Shown in pieces: positions 39,240 through 48,210 of a stretch of 64,000 nucleotides of DNA. Below the pieces are notes generated by a model. It was given only the letters and a program-made list of their open reading frames with translations, did no database searches and was not told where the DNA came from. Origin of the DNA: Candidatus Micrarchaeota archaeon (GTDB lineage: Archaea > B1Sed10-29 > JAJRYS01); the NCBI GenBank assembly GCA_964643685.1, contig CAZXTN010000003.1, positions 15,895 to 79,894 on the forward strand. The letters are read 5' to 3'. Numbering within the stretch: the first letter of the stretch is position 1; each line of letters begins with the position of its first letter. Both the position numbers and the translations under genes were made by a program.

Positions 39240-39464
39240 TTAAGGTGAAACGTATAGTATGTTGTCTCCTCTTACTATTACTGTGCCTATTTTTGATTTC
39301 AGTTGCTCGTTTTCAAGTTCTTCTGCTTCGTCAAGCACTAGGTTCATGTGTTGGTCAAATGCTTTTAGTTTTCCTCTTAGTTGCTTGTTGCCTTTTAGTC
39401 TTACTAGTACTTGTTGGTTCATTTCTTTGTTCAGCAAGTCAAATGGTCTTGTTATTGATTCCAT
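39240..39464 (-). CDS. Sm-like archaeal protein (Lsm/SmAP)
   Basis: RPFD.L, V.LK....RG.L.AFDQHMNLVL..AEE, VIVRGDN. Confidence 0.96.
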   Translation of the reverse strand: MESITRPFDLLNKEMNQQVLVRLKGNKQLRGKLKAFDQHMNLVLDEAEELENEQLKSKIGTVIVRGDNILYVSP

Positions 39465-39473
39465 GTTTTTAAT

Positions 39474-40247
39474 TCACCTCTTTTTTAAAAATTTAAATAA
39501 ACTTGAAAACAAGCTTTTTTTTGCTTGTTTTTTTGTATAGGGGATTCCTGTGATTTCAGATGCTGTTTTTATTATTTCTTGGATGGATTCGTTTGATTCG
39601 TTTGTTTTAATGAGTGGTTTTCCTTTTAAAACGCTTTTTTTAAGTTCTTCATCTACTTTTATTCTAGCTAGGATTGGGACGTTTAAGAGGGATGTGATGT
39701 CTTTTTCGCTTAATTCTCCTTTGGTTTTTTTAATCATGTTTAGGATGACTCCTTTGACTTCTGAGCCCATTTTTTCAGCTGTTAGGTAAGTTTTGTAGCC
39801 GTCTGTGGCGCTCATTGGCTCTAGGGTCATTACGAGGATTGTTTCGCTGCATGCTGCAAAGCAGGCGATTGTGTCTCTGCCTATTCCTGCTGGGCAGTCA
39901 ACTAAGACGTAGTCTGCTTTTTTTTTGAATTCTTTGATGATTGTGATTAGTTTGTCTGGGTCTATTCTTTTGAATTGCTGTGGTGAGATTCCTGCTGGCA
40001 CGAACCAGGCGTTTTTGTCAACTTCGTAGAGTACGTCGTTTATTTCAGCTTCTCCGCTTATTACTTCTTTTAAGGTGATTGGTCTGCCTTCCATTCCGAG
40101 AACTAGTTCAAGGTTAGCCATGTCTAAGTCAGCGTCGACCATTATTACTTTTTTTCCTAGTTTAGATAAAGCTAGTCCTAAGTTTGCTGTGATTGTTGTT
40201 TTGCCTACTCCTCCTTTTCCAGAGGCTATTGCAATTGCTTTGCTCAT
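39474..40247 (-). CDS. minD: MinD-family ATPase
   Basis: SGKGGVGKTT, DADL.MANL, D.PAG, C-terminal amphipathic SLFSSLFKFL. Confidence 0.93.
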   Translation of the reverse strand: MSKAIAIASGKGGVGKTTITANLGLALSKLGKKVIMVDADLDMANLELVLGMEGRPITLKEVISGEAEINDVLYEVDKNAWFVPAGISPQQFKRIDPDKLITIIKEFKKKADYVLVDCPAGIGRDTIACFAACSETILVMTLEPMSATDGYKTYLTAEKMGSEVKGVILNMIKKTKGELSEKDITSLLNVPILARIKVDEELKKSVLKGKPLIKTNESNESIQEIIKTASEITGIPYTKKQAKKSLFSSLFKFLKKR

Positions 40248-40288
40248 TTTTTTTCTCTCCTCTTAATAACTTGCTGTTGGAATTTTTT

Positions 40289-40747
40289 TCACTTCAAGTT
40301 GAAATTTTGGATTCCTTTGTTTATTTTTTTGACAATTTGTCTTGTTTCAATTGCTGAAATGTCACCTGATGTTCTGAATATGTATGTTAAGTCATCTTCT
40401 GTATATAAAACATTATAATGTTCTTTGTCTTTCACTATTAAGAGGTTTGCGTTTGGAAATTCTGTTTTAATGAATTCCTGTAAGGAAGTTGATTTTATTG
40501 CTTTTTCAAATGCTTGTTCTTTTTCAGTTGACATTAAAACGCTGCCGTCTTTTTTTGAAACAATTACTGAGTCAAGCGCGTAGTCTTCAACTACATTTTT
40601 AACATAGCCATCTGGTTCTTTTGCTTCTTCTCTTTTTTTCTGTTCAATTAATTCAAGGAGGATTTGGATTCTTTTTTCAAGTTTTTCTTCTTTGGTTTTC
40701 TTGTTTAAAATTTTATAAGCTATTTTTTTAAAAAAACTCATTTTCAA
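40289..40747 (-). CDS. hypothetical protein (possible roadblock/profilin-like fold)
   Basis: S.IVS..DG.VL.ST pattern. Confidence 0.55.
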   Translation of the reverse strand: MKMSFFKKIAYKILNKKTKEEKLEKRIQILLELIEQKKREEAKEPDGYVKNVVEDYALDSVIVSKKDGSVLMSTEKEQAFEKAIKSTSLQEFIKTEFPNANLLIVKDKEHYNVLYTEDDLTYIFRTSGDISAIETRQIVKKINKGIQNFNLK

Positions 40748-40802
40748 GCGTCACCTTTTTTTTAGTTGATTTCTAGTTACTCAGAAGTAGTTAATTAACA
40801 TT

Positions 40803-41444
40803 TCATCTTTTTTTCAGAAGCTTAGCTAGTTTTGAAAACCTGTCGCTTGCATCTTCTTTTTTTGTCTTCTCCTGTTTTTCTTGGTTTTTTGAAAGTGTTT
40901 TTTTAATTTCATCATTTTCTGATTTTGCCTTGTTTAAAAGCTGAGCCATTGAAGAATCTTTTGCAATTGTTTTAGTTAACCCGAATTTTTTAAACAAGTC
41001 TTCTTTTTGAATGCCTTCTCCTGATTCTTCAGCAAGCTGTTTTTCATAATCTTCTTTGAAGTAATTCAGTATTTTTAAATTTTCTTTGTCTACTGCTTGT
41101 TTCAGGTTGTTCTCTTCATTTAAAGTGAGAATCAACTGCACTTGATAAGAATTGAGTGAAAACAAGTCAATCACACCTATTTTTGCATTCAAGGCATTCA
41201 AGCTTCTTTCAAGAGCTTCTTCTGCTAAAAAGCTTTTGTTAAACTTGTAATAATCATAGTTAGAGGAGACAATTTTGCCGTTGCTGAATACGACTATTCC
41301 TTCTTCTAAACCTTGTTTTCCATGAATGGTTATGCAGAAATACCCGTTGAAGCTTTCATCCATTAATTTTTTCACGTACTGCGCAGGCACAATGCTTGCC
41401 AATTCTTTTCCTGTTTCAACAGGGCTTCCAGCAGACAATTTCAT
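40803..41444 (-). CDS. DUF2226-like protein
   Basis: F.GY...T..G..G.EEG...F..G.IV. Confidence 0.65.
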   Translation of the reverse strand: MKLSAGSPVETGKELASIVPAQYVKKLMDESFNGYFCITIHGKQGLEEGIVVFSNGKIVSSNYDYYKFNKSFLAEEALERSLNALNAKIGVIDLFSLNSYQVQLILTLNEENNLKQAVDKENLKILNYFKEDYEKQLAEESGEGIQKEDLFKKFGLTKTIAKDSSMAQLLNKAKSENDEIKKTLSKNQEKQEKTKKEDASDRFSKLAKLLKKR

Positions 41445-41480
41445 TTTAAAAAAAACAACTCCCTTAAATTTTCTTTTAAT

Positions 41481-41954
41481 TTACTTCAATTTAGTGATTG
41501 TTTTCTTGTTGAACACGAGGATGTGGTCAGCTGTGTTTTTCAAAGCAGCTGCAATCGGCTCGCTTCCAACGACAATTGTTTCCTTACCATGCTCCTTTGC
41601 CTTGGACACAACAGGATGAAAGTCAGAATCGCGTGTCATCAAGGCAATCACATCAATGTGTTCATTGAAAACATACTCCATTGCCTCAGCAGCCATAGGT
41701 GCATCCACGTCATCACTAGTGACTATTACAGGCTCAAAACCTTGATTGACAACAGCTTCAATTAACTTATCAGGCGCAAACTGGTTTAAGAAAATTTTAG
41801 ATACTGTCAAGTTGCCGAATTTCTCCAGCTCGTTCCTAATAATGTTTAAGTCAACGTCAAACTCTTTCCTAAGCATGTTAGGACCGTCAACGAAAAAAGC
41901 AATTTTCTTAACTTCATTTTTTCTTTTTCCAAAACCAAACATTTCAAAAACCAA
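41481..41954 (-). CDS. NYN-domain protein (TIGR00288-like)
   Basis: VDGPNMLRKEF, LIEAV.NQGF, DVD, TRD.DF. Confidence 0.9.
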   Translation of the reverse strand: MVFEMFGFGKRKNEVKKIAFFVDGPNMLRKEFDVDLNIIRNELEKFGNLTVSKIFLNQFAPDKLIEAVVNQGFEPVIVTSDDVDAPMAAEAMEYVFNEHIDVIALMTRDSDFHPVVSKAKEHGKETIVVGSEPIAAALKNTADHILVFNKKTITKLK

Positions 41955-41966
41955 ACTCCTTCTTGC

Positions 41967-42719
41967 TTAAATTTTCAAATCAAATGCCTTGACTGTATTT
42001 TTTTCAGTTGCCTTGCTTGCTTCTTCAAAAGTTATTCCCAGTTCAGATGCAATTAAAGCAATTAATTCGCTTACATTAACAGGCTCGTTCCTCTCCTTTC
42101 TGTTGAAAGGGTTCAAGTAAGGCGAATCAGTTTCAGTAAGCAAGTAATCTAACTCAATTTCCTTAATTAAATCTTTGGTTTTTCTTGAATACAACGCTTT
42201 CGTAGTTACACCTATGAAAAACCCGTTGTCAACAGCTCTTTTAATCAAATCGCTTGAAGCTTCAAATGAATGCATTATCACTTGCGTAGCTGCCCCCCTT
42301 TCAGCCATTTTCAAAGCATCTTCCTCTGCATTTCTAGAATGAATTACAAGGGGCTTGTTCAAATCATTAGCCAATTCAATGAACTTCGTGAAATTTTCTT
42401 TTTGCCTGCCATGATTTTCCTTGTCCCAGTAATAATCCAGCCCAACTTCTCCGACAGCAACCATCTTTTCATGATTCTCTTCAATGAAAGAAATCACTTG
42501 ACTTAACTTGCTTTCTCTCAAAGTAGTAATAGGTCCTAAGCCGAAGCAGGGAAATACAAAACCAAGGAACTCTTCGCTTATTCTTAAATTCTTTTCATTT
42601 GAAGCAAGAGAATCAGACAAGGTAATTACTGCCGAGAGTTTCTGCTTGGCTCTCTCAATAACTTCAATTAAGTCACTGTTGAAACTTGAGTCATCTAAAT
42701 GTGAATGCGAGTCAATCAT
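41967..42719 (-). CDS. tatD: TatD family DNase
   Basis: DSHSHL, GEVGLDY, HSR.A, HSF, ETDSPY. Confidence 0.93.
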   Translation of the reverse strand: MIDSHSHLDDSSFNSDLIEVIERAKQKLSAVITLSDSLASNEKNLRISEEFLGFVFPCFGLGPITTLRESKLSQVISFIEENHEKMVAVGEVGLDYYWDKENHGRQKENFTKFIELANDLNKPLVIHSRNAEEDALKMAERGAATQVIMHSFEASSDLIKRAVDNGFFIGVTTKALYSRKTKDLIKEIELDYLLTETDSPYLNPFNRKERNEPVNVSELIALIASELGITFEEASKATEKNTVKAFDLKI

Positions 42720-42777
42720 TAATTTAAATTAAAACAGTTTAAGTATTTATAAAGGATTTAAGAGTAATTGATTAACT

Positions 42778-43812
42778 ATGAATATTAAAAAACTTACAAT
42801 CACAAGCTTGCTGATAGGAGTGCTTGCTTATGCCTTGATTGGATTTGGCGTGGGCTTACCTGAAGTCATAAAAGCGCTTAAGAACGTCAAGTACGAGTAC
42901 CTATTCTTAGCAGTGTTTGCTTATGCTTTCAGCTTGCTTATGATTACTCTCAGATGGAAGGAAATTACAAACAATGCTGGAATTAAAATAAGCACCTGGA
43001 AGCTTTACTTAATGACTTTAGCTGGAGTGACTTTCAGCAACATTACACCAAGCTCCAGAATGGGAGGAGAGCCAATTAAAGCTTACTTTTTAAACAAGCA
43101 TTCAGGAACTAAAATGAAAACAAGCTTTGCAACAATAGTAAGCGCCAGAATATTCGACGCAATAATCTTCATGCTTGTATCAATAATCGTTCTAAGCTAC
43201 TCAGTAATAAACTTGACTCTTCCAAAATACGTCAGCATACTGCTAATAATTTCCCTTGCAATATCAGTTGGAATAATATGGTTCATTGTATACGTGTCAG
43301 TTCAGCCAAAAGCAGCTGAGTCAATAGCAATATGGTTCATCAGAAAATTCAAAAGATTTTCAAAAACACTAAGGACAGAAGGATTTGAAAACAAGATAAA
43401 GAAAGAAATAAAAGAATACTCAGAGAACATGAACAAATTCCTTAAAACAAAAAAACTTTGGATAACCTGCTCAACTTACACTATCCTAATGTGGTTTTTT
43501 GACGTGCTTAGAATGTACTTGATTTTCTTCGGATTAGGATTGAACACCAACCCAATGATGCTTTTAATGGTCCTTGTACTATCCGGACTGGTTGGAGGAA
43601 TACCTGTTTTCCCAGGAGGCATAGCAGTTACTGAATCAACAATGATAGTGGCATACAACGCCTTTCAAATACCATTAGCAGTAGCAGGAATAGCAACAAT
43701 ACTAGACAGAATGGTTTACTTCTGGCTTTATACTTTCCTCGGACTCATCGCAGCTTACAAACTCGGAATAAAAAAATACGAAAAAGAACAATCAAAAAAC
43801 AAAGAGTTTTAA
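42778..43812 (+). CDS. flippase-like membrane protein (lysylphosphatidylglycerol synthase TM family)
   Basis: RW, NITP..R.GGEP.K, PGG....E, DR. Confidence 0.85.
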   Translation: MNIKKLTITSLLIGVLAYALIGFGVGLPEVIKALKNVKYEYLFLAVFAYAFSLLMITLRWKEITNNAGIKISTWKLYLMTLAGVTFSNITPSSRMGGEPIKAYFLNKHSGTKMKTSFATIVSARIFDAIIFMLVSIIVLSYSVINLTLPKYVSILLIISLAISVGIIWFIVYVSVQPKAAESIAIWFIRKFKRFSKTLRTEGFENKIKKEIKEYSENMNKFLKTKKLWITCSTYTILMWFFDVLRMYLIFFGLGLNTNPMMLLMVLVLSGLVGGIPVFPGGIAVTESTMIVAYNAFQIPLAVAGIATILDRMVYFWLYTFLGLIAAYKLGIKKYEKEQSKNKEF

Positions 43813-43903
43813 ATAATCAAAACAATTATAAAAAAAGACCAAGTTAATAAAAAACAAGGAAACATCAAAAAAAAATTAAAAACAGCAATCGGAGGATGTT
43901 TAA

Positions 43904-44299
43904 ATGTCAGTTACAGTTGGACAAGTAAAAGACTTGAAAGAAGGAAGGTACGTCGTAATAGATGGAGAACCATGCAAAATAACTTCTATTCAAAAATCAA
44001 AGCCAGGTAAACACGGCTCAGCAAAAGCAAGAGTCGAAGGAGTATCCTTATTCAGCGGAAGCAAAAAAACACTTTTGAAAAGCGTTGACTCCTCATGCGA
44101 AATACCAGAACTCCTAAGAAAAAAAGCACAAGTAATAGCAAACCTTGGGGGAAACAGGCTTCAATTAATGGACTTGGAAACCTACGAAACATACGAAATT
44201 GACGTGGACCCAGAATACGCTGACTTGCAATCAGGCAGAGAAGTAGAAGTCCAAGAAATCATGGGAAGAAGATTCTTGACTCATGCCAAAAAGGAATAA
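43904..44299 (+). CDS. eif5a: translation factor aIF5A
   Basis: SKPGKHGSAK hypusination motif, QLMDLETYET. Confidence 0.97.
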   Translation: MSVTVGQVKDLKEGRYVVIDGEPCKITSIQKSKPGKHGSAKARVEGVSLFSGSKKTLLKSVDSSCEIPELLRKKAQVIANLGGNRLQLMDLETYETYEIDVDPEYADLQSGREVEVQEIMGRRFLTHAKKE

Positions 44300-44436
44300 T
44301 AGCTCTTCAAAATTATTTTTTCTTTTAGGGCGTGTTTTTCTTTTCCACAGGGTACACAGAAAAAGAAAAAGCGCGACGGAGGTTCCTAACACACGCAAAG
44401 AAAGAATAAGACTTTCTTCAAACTTACTTTTTTCTT
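44267..44436 (+). repeat. synonymously recoded duplicate of the aIF5A 3' end (44267-44299 vs 44377-44409) flanking a hairpin insert
   Basis: Both translate RRFLTHAKKE*; downstream UTRs also align. Confidence 0.9.
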
Positions 44437-44719
44437 ATTTTTTCAAAACCAGCTCCTTTTTTACTTGAACAAACACCCTATTAGCTTTATTCGTGTATTC
44501 AGGGCTTTTGACACCCCCTTACTTCCAGTATTCGGCGCTGAGAGATTTTTTCAGGAAATAAAAGCTTCTCCGGGCTTTTCGCTTCAAAAAAAGCTGGTAA
44601 AACAGGTTTTTTGATTGAATTTTCCTTTTTCTAGCTTTGTTTAAACTGGTTTTAACTTGCTAGTGTTTGAAAATTATTAAATTAAAATAAAATTTCAACA
44701 AAACTAAAACAAGCAAGTT

Positions 44720-44747
44720 AGTTAACATTATAAGTTAACTTTATATA
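44720..44747 (+). promoter_or_regulatory. palindromic operator abutting the TATA box of a TA-like operon
   Basis: AGTTAAC-ATTATAA-GTTAACT followed by TTATATA, ~20 nt before ATG 44764. Confidence 0.6.
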
Positions 44748-44763
44748 GTTTGGAACTTATAAT

Positions 44764-45081
44764 ATGAAAAAAATTGAATTAATAAAAGAACTTTCATTGC
44801 CTGAAAGTACAAGCAACAAAATAAAACTAAGAAAAAAGATATTTATTGAAAAATCAAAAGTGAAGCAGTTTGCTGTCCAACTTGAAATTGAACAAGATAA
44901 TAAATTCAAGCCAATAATAAGATTTGACGCTTATCATGGCTTTGTTCACAAAGATGAATTTTTCAAAAACAGGCCTAAGAAAAAAACAAAAATTGCTATA
45001 GAAAATTTGAAGGAAGCAGTGGATTTGGCTGAAAAAGATTTGTTAGAAAATCTTGAAATGTATGTGAGGAGATTTGAATGA
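44764..45081 (+). CDS. putative toxin of a type II TA-like pair (R.D..HG..H.D family)
   Basis: F.VQLE.......IIRFDAYHGFVHKD; ATGA overlap with HTH gene. Confidence 0.65.
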   Translation: MKKIELIKELSLPESTSNKIKLRKKIFIEKSKVKQFAVQLEIEQDNKFKPIIRFDAYHGFVHKDEFFKNRPKKKTKIAIENLKEAVDLAEKDLLENLEMYVRRFE

Positions 45082-45422
45082 AAAAAGCGAAAGAAGAGAT
45101 AAAGGATTTTTTCAAACTCGGCAGAAAAATAATAGAAAACCCTGAACTTGCTGAAACAATGCCAAGTGAAATTTTCATTCCCTCGGGAGTCAAAATTTCT
45201 GAAATACTCTCAGAGAAAAGAATAGAACTACTTAGTTTAATTGCCAAACAGCCAAACAAAACAATTAATGAACTTTCAAAAGCGACAAAAAGAAAAAAAG
45301 AAGCAATTAGCAGAGACATTAAATTTCTTAAAAAACACAACTTAGTTGAAACAAAAAAAAGAGGAAGGGAAAAACAAGTTAAAACAAGCATTAAATATGT
45401 ATTAATTCCGATTTCAAACTAA
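45078..45422 (+). CDS. winged-HTH putative antitoxin (HVO_A0114-like)
   Basis: LS.KR.ELL..I......I.EL.....R....ISRD...L....LV......GR.K. Confidence 0.75.
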   Translation: MKKAKEEIKDFFKLGRKIIENPELAETMPSEIFIPSGVKISEILSEKRIELLSLIAKQPNKTINELSKATKRKKEAISRDIKFLKKHNLVETKKRGREKQVKTSIKYVLIPISN

Positions 45423-45429
45423 AAAGAAA

Positions 45430-45864
45430 TCAATTCCCCCCTTTTCTTTTCTTAAGCTTTGGAGTAACATAAGGCAATTTTTTCATTTGAAGGTTTTTCA
45501 GCACAAAAACAGTTGGTGCTTCTTCATCAAAACCGTATTTCTCAAACAATTTCCTTGCAGCTGGCGAAACAGAATTTAAAAAAACAGTTTCAACTCCTTT
45601 CTTTTTCAAGTCATCCAAAACCTTCACTAAATTAACTTCAGCTATTTTCTGTCCTCTGAATTCTTCTAGTGTTTCAACATTTTCCAAATAAGCAGTTTTC
45701 TGCTCCTTTGGATAAATGTAATACCTTAAAAAACCAGCTTCTTTCCTTCCTCCCTGCGTGTTAAGGTAAAGAGTCCTTTTCTTCTCCACATAACCATCTT
45801 TAGTTTTCCTTGATTTAACACTAAAACCAAACAACTTTCTCTTACGCATTGACTCACTAGCCAT
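45430..45864 (-). CDS. GNAT-family acetyltransferase
   Basis: AYLENVET..EFRGQKIA, L.S...A..LFEKYGF. Confidence 0.8.
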   Translation of the reverse strand: MASESMRKRKLFGFSVKSRKTKDGYVEKKRTLYLNTQGGRKEAGFLRYYIYPKEQKTAYLENVETLEEFRGQKIAEVNLVKVLDDLKKKGVETVFLNSVSPAARKLFEKYGFDEEAPTVFVLKNLQMKKLPYVTPKLKKRKGGN

Positions 45865-45925
45865 TACTTTCAATTAAGCAAAAGAAGTTATTTAAAACTA
45901 ATTAAAACTCCTCAAAAAAAGCTTT

Positions 45926-46393
45926 TTACTGTTGCTTTTTCTTAACTCTTAAAACAAGAGGGATCTTCTTCTCCTGCAAGTTTTCAATAACCAAAGGGCC
46001 TCCTCTTTTTGATTTTCTTGTAAAGCCAAAATCTTCATACATTTTTTTAGCCATGTCAGTTGGATACAAAGCAACAAAATTAACCCCCTTAGCTTTCAAA
46101 TCAACAAGAGTCTTATACAAATTAAAAGAAGCTACTTTCCTCCTCCTCTCGCTTGGAAAAGTATCCACGTGAATAATATAAGAAGTATTATCAGGATTAA
46201 TAACATACTCAATCGAACCAATTACCCTACCATTTTCCTTAATCTGCCTTTTTTTAACAACAGAACCATCTTCAACTTCATACTTTCTAACACTCTGCCT
46301 AAACATCTTGCTTTTTCCAGCTTGTTTTGAATACTTAACAGCATCAGCAGCTGAATTCTTCCTAACCCTTCCAGGAACCTTTTTATTAACCAT
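45926..46393 (-). CDS. GNAT-family acetyltransferase
   Basis: YI.HVDT.P.ERRRKVA, L.PT..AK.MYE.FGF; paralog of the neighbour. Confidence 0.8.
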   Translation of the reverse strand: MVNKKVPGRVRKNSAADAVKYSKQAGKSKMFRQSVRKYEVEDGSVVKKRQIKENGRVIGSIEYVINPDNTSYIIHVDTFPSERRRKVASFNLYKTLVDLKAKGVNFVALYPTDMAKKMYEDFGFTRKSKRGGPLVIENLQEKKIPLVLRVKKKQQ

Positions 46394-46462
46394 AATACTT
46401 TTTAATAAGCAAAAATAACTATTTAAAATTAATTAAAAAAAAGCATGCAGAGTTTGAAAAAA

Positions 46463-47926
46463 ATGGCTGACGACATAAAATTCAACAAGAAAAAAAACAA
46501 AGACTTCTCAGAATGGTACTTTGAACTCTTAAAAGCAGCTGACGTCATAGACCAAAGATACCCAGCAAAAGGATTCATAGTCCACAAAGAAATAGCTGCA
46601 ATAGCAGAAAGAGAAATGTACAAATTATTTGAAAAAGAACTAGACAAAACAGGACACAAAATGATGAGATTCCCAGCAGTCATACCAGAATCAGTATTTG
46701 CAAAAGAAGTGGAACACATTGAAGGATTCACACCAGAAGTGTTCTGGATAGAAAAAGGAGGCAACGACGAACTCCCTGAAAAAATGGGACTACGTCCAAC
46801 CTCAGAAACAGCCATGTACACAATGTACTCAAAATGGATAAGAAGCTACAGAGACCTCCCACTCAAAGTTTACCAAGAAGCGCAAGTATGGAGATACGAA
46901 ACCAAACACACCCGTCCTTTACTCAGAGACAGGGAATTCTACTGGATAGAAGCGCACAACGTCTTCGCTTCAAGAGAAGAAGCTGAAAAACAAGTAACAG
47001 AAGACATGAACATCACAGAAAAAGTGCTACATGAACAACTAGGCATACCCTTCCTATTCTTCAAGCGCCCTGAATGGGACAAATTCAACGGAGCAGAATA
47101 CACTTACGGCGCAGACGTGCTAATGCCAAACGGCTTAGTAATACAACAGCCATCAACCCACTTCCTAGGGCAAAATTTCTCAAAAGCATATGACATAAAA
47201 TTCCTAGATGAAGACGAAAAAGAAAAATACGCGTGGCAAACATGCTACGGCCCGGCAATATCAAGAATACTCTCATCAGTAATCGCACTGCACGGCGACG
47301 ACAAAGGACTAATCTTCCCATGGAACATCGCGCCATACCAAGCAGTAATCATACCAATCTACAAAAAAGACACAGACAAAGAAGCAATAGAAAACAACTG
47401 CAAAGAACTGCAAAAACAATTGATTGAAAAAGGAGTTAGAGCAGAAATTGATTTAAGCGAAAAACGCCCAGGAGCAAAGTACTACTATTGGGAATTAAGA
47501 GGAGCATGCATAAGAATAGAAATCGGCGCAAGAGAAGTAGAAAACAAAGAACTTACAATCGCAAGAAGAGACACAGGAGAAAAAATAAAAATAAAACAAG
47601 AAGAACTAGACGCTTACCTTGAAAAACTCCCAAAAGAAATAATTAAAAATTTGAAAACAAAAAGAGACGAAGAATTCAAAAACGCGTTGCACGAAGCAAA
47701 CTCACTTGAAGAATTGAAAAAAGAGTTGGACAAAGGAGGATTCGTTAAAATCAACATTTGTTCAAGAGACACTGACGGAGAACAATGCGCCGATGTCATA
47801 AAAGCAGAAACCAACGGCGGAGAAGTAAGAGGAACACTCCACGGCAAAGAAGAAAAGCCAACAGGAAACTGCATAATATGCGGCAAAAAAGCAAACGCAG
47901 TAGTATACGTAGCAAAATCATATTAG
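46463..47926 (+). CDS. proS: prolyl-tRNA synthetase (archaeal/eukaryal type)
   Basis: FSEWY, LRPTSET, RYETK.T.PL.R.REF.W, HGDDKGL, C-terminal AKSY. Confidence 0.97.
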   Translation: MADDIKFNKKKNKDFSEWYFELLKAADVIDQRYPAKGFIVHKEIAAIAEREMYKLFEKELDKTGHKMMRFPAVIPESVFAKEVEHIEGFTPEVFWIEKGGNDELPEKMGLRPTSETAMYTMYSKWIRSYRDLPLKVYQEAQVWRYETKHTRPLLRDREFYWIEAHNVFASREEAEKQVTEDMNITEKVLHEQLGIPFLFFKRPEWDKFNGAEYTYGADVLMPNGLVIQQPSTHFLGQNFSKAYDIKFLDEDEKEKYAWQTCYGPAISRILSSVIALHGDDKGLIFPWNIAPYQAVIIPIYKKDTDKEAIENNCKELQKQLIEKGVRAEIDLSEKRPGAKYYYWELRGACIRIEIGAREVENKELTIARRDTGEKIKIKQEELDAYLEKLPKEIIKNLKTKRDEEFKNALHEANSLEELKKELDKGGFVKINICSRDTDGEQCADVIKAETNGGEVRGTLHGKEEKPTGNCIICGKKANAVVYVAKSY

Positions 47927-48044
47927 AAAAACCTTTAAAAACAATTAAAAGCATTAATTGAAAACAGAAGAGGGTTTTAACGCGACCATGCAACCAAAAC
48001 AGCCTCTTTCTGAAAAAAACAAATATTGATTAGAGTTGATTATC

Positions 48045-48210
48045 AAATGGACTTTAAGTTAAAAGAAAAACGCTGGAACACGGCTTTTCTTTTAAAAAAA
48101 GAAAACACCGGGAAAAGAAAACTAACCACATTCGACTACGTCGAAGTGCTTAGAAAAAAAGAGTGGTGAAGAAATGGACTTTAAGTTAAAAGAAAAACGC
48201 TGGAATACTG
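48045..48210 (+). repeat. duplicate of the valS 5' end (48047-48083 vs 48174-48210) flanking a hairpin insert
   Basis: Both encode MDFKLKEKRWNT; only AAC/AAT and ACG/ACT differ. Confidence 0.92.

Noticed and set aside
44267-44409. DGR template/variable repeat pair
   Set aside because: Differences are not adenine-specific in either direction, all are synonymous, and no reverse transcriptase is visible.
44446-44598. MITE defined by ACCAGCT/AGCTGGT inverted ends
   Set aside because: Only 7-bp inverted match, single copy, no clear target duplication.
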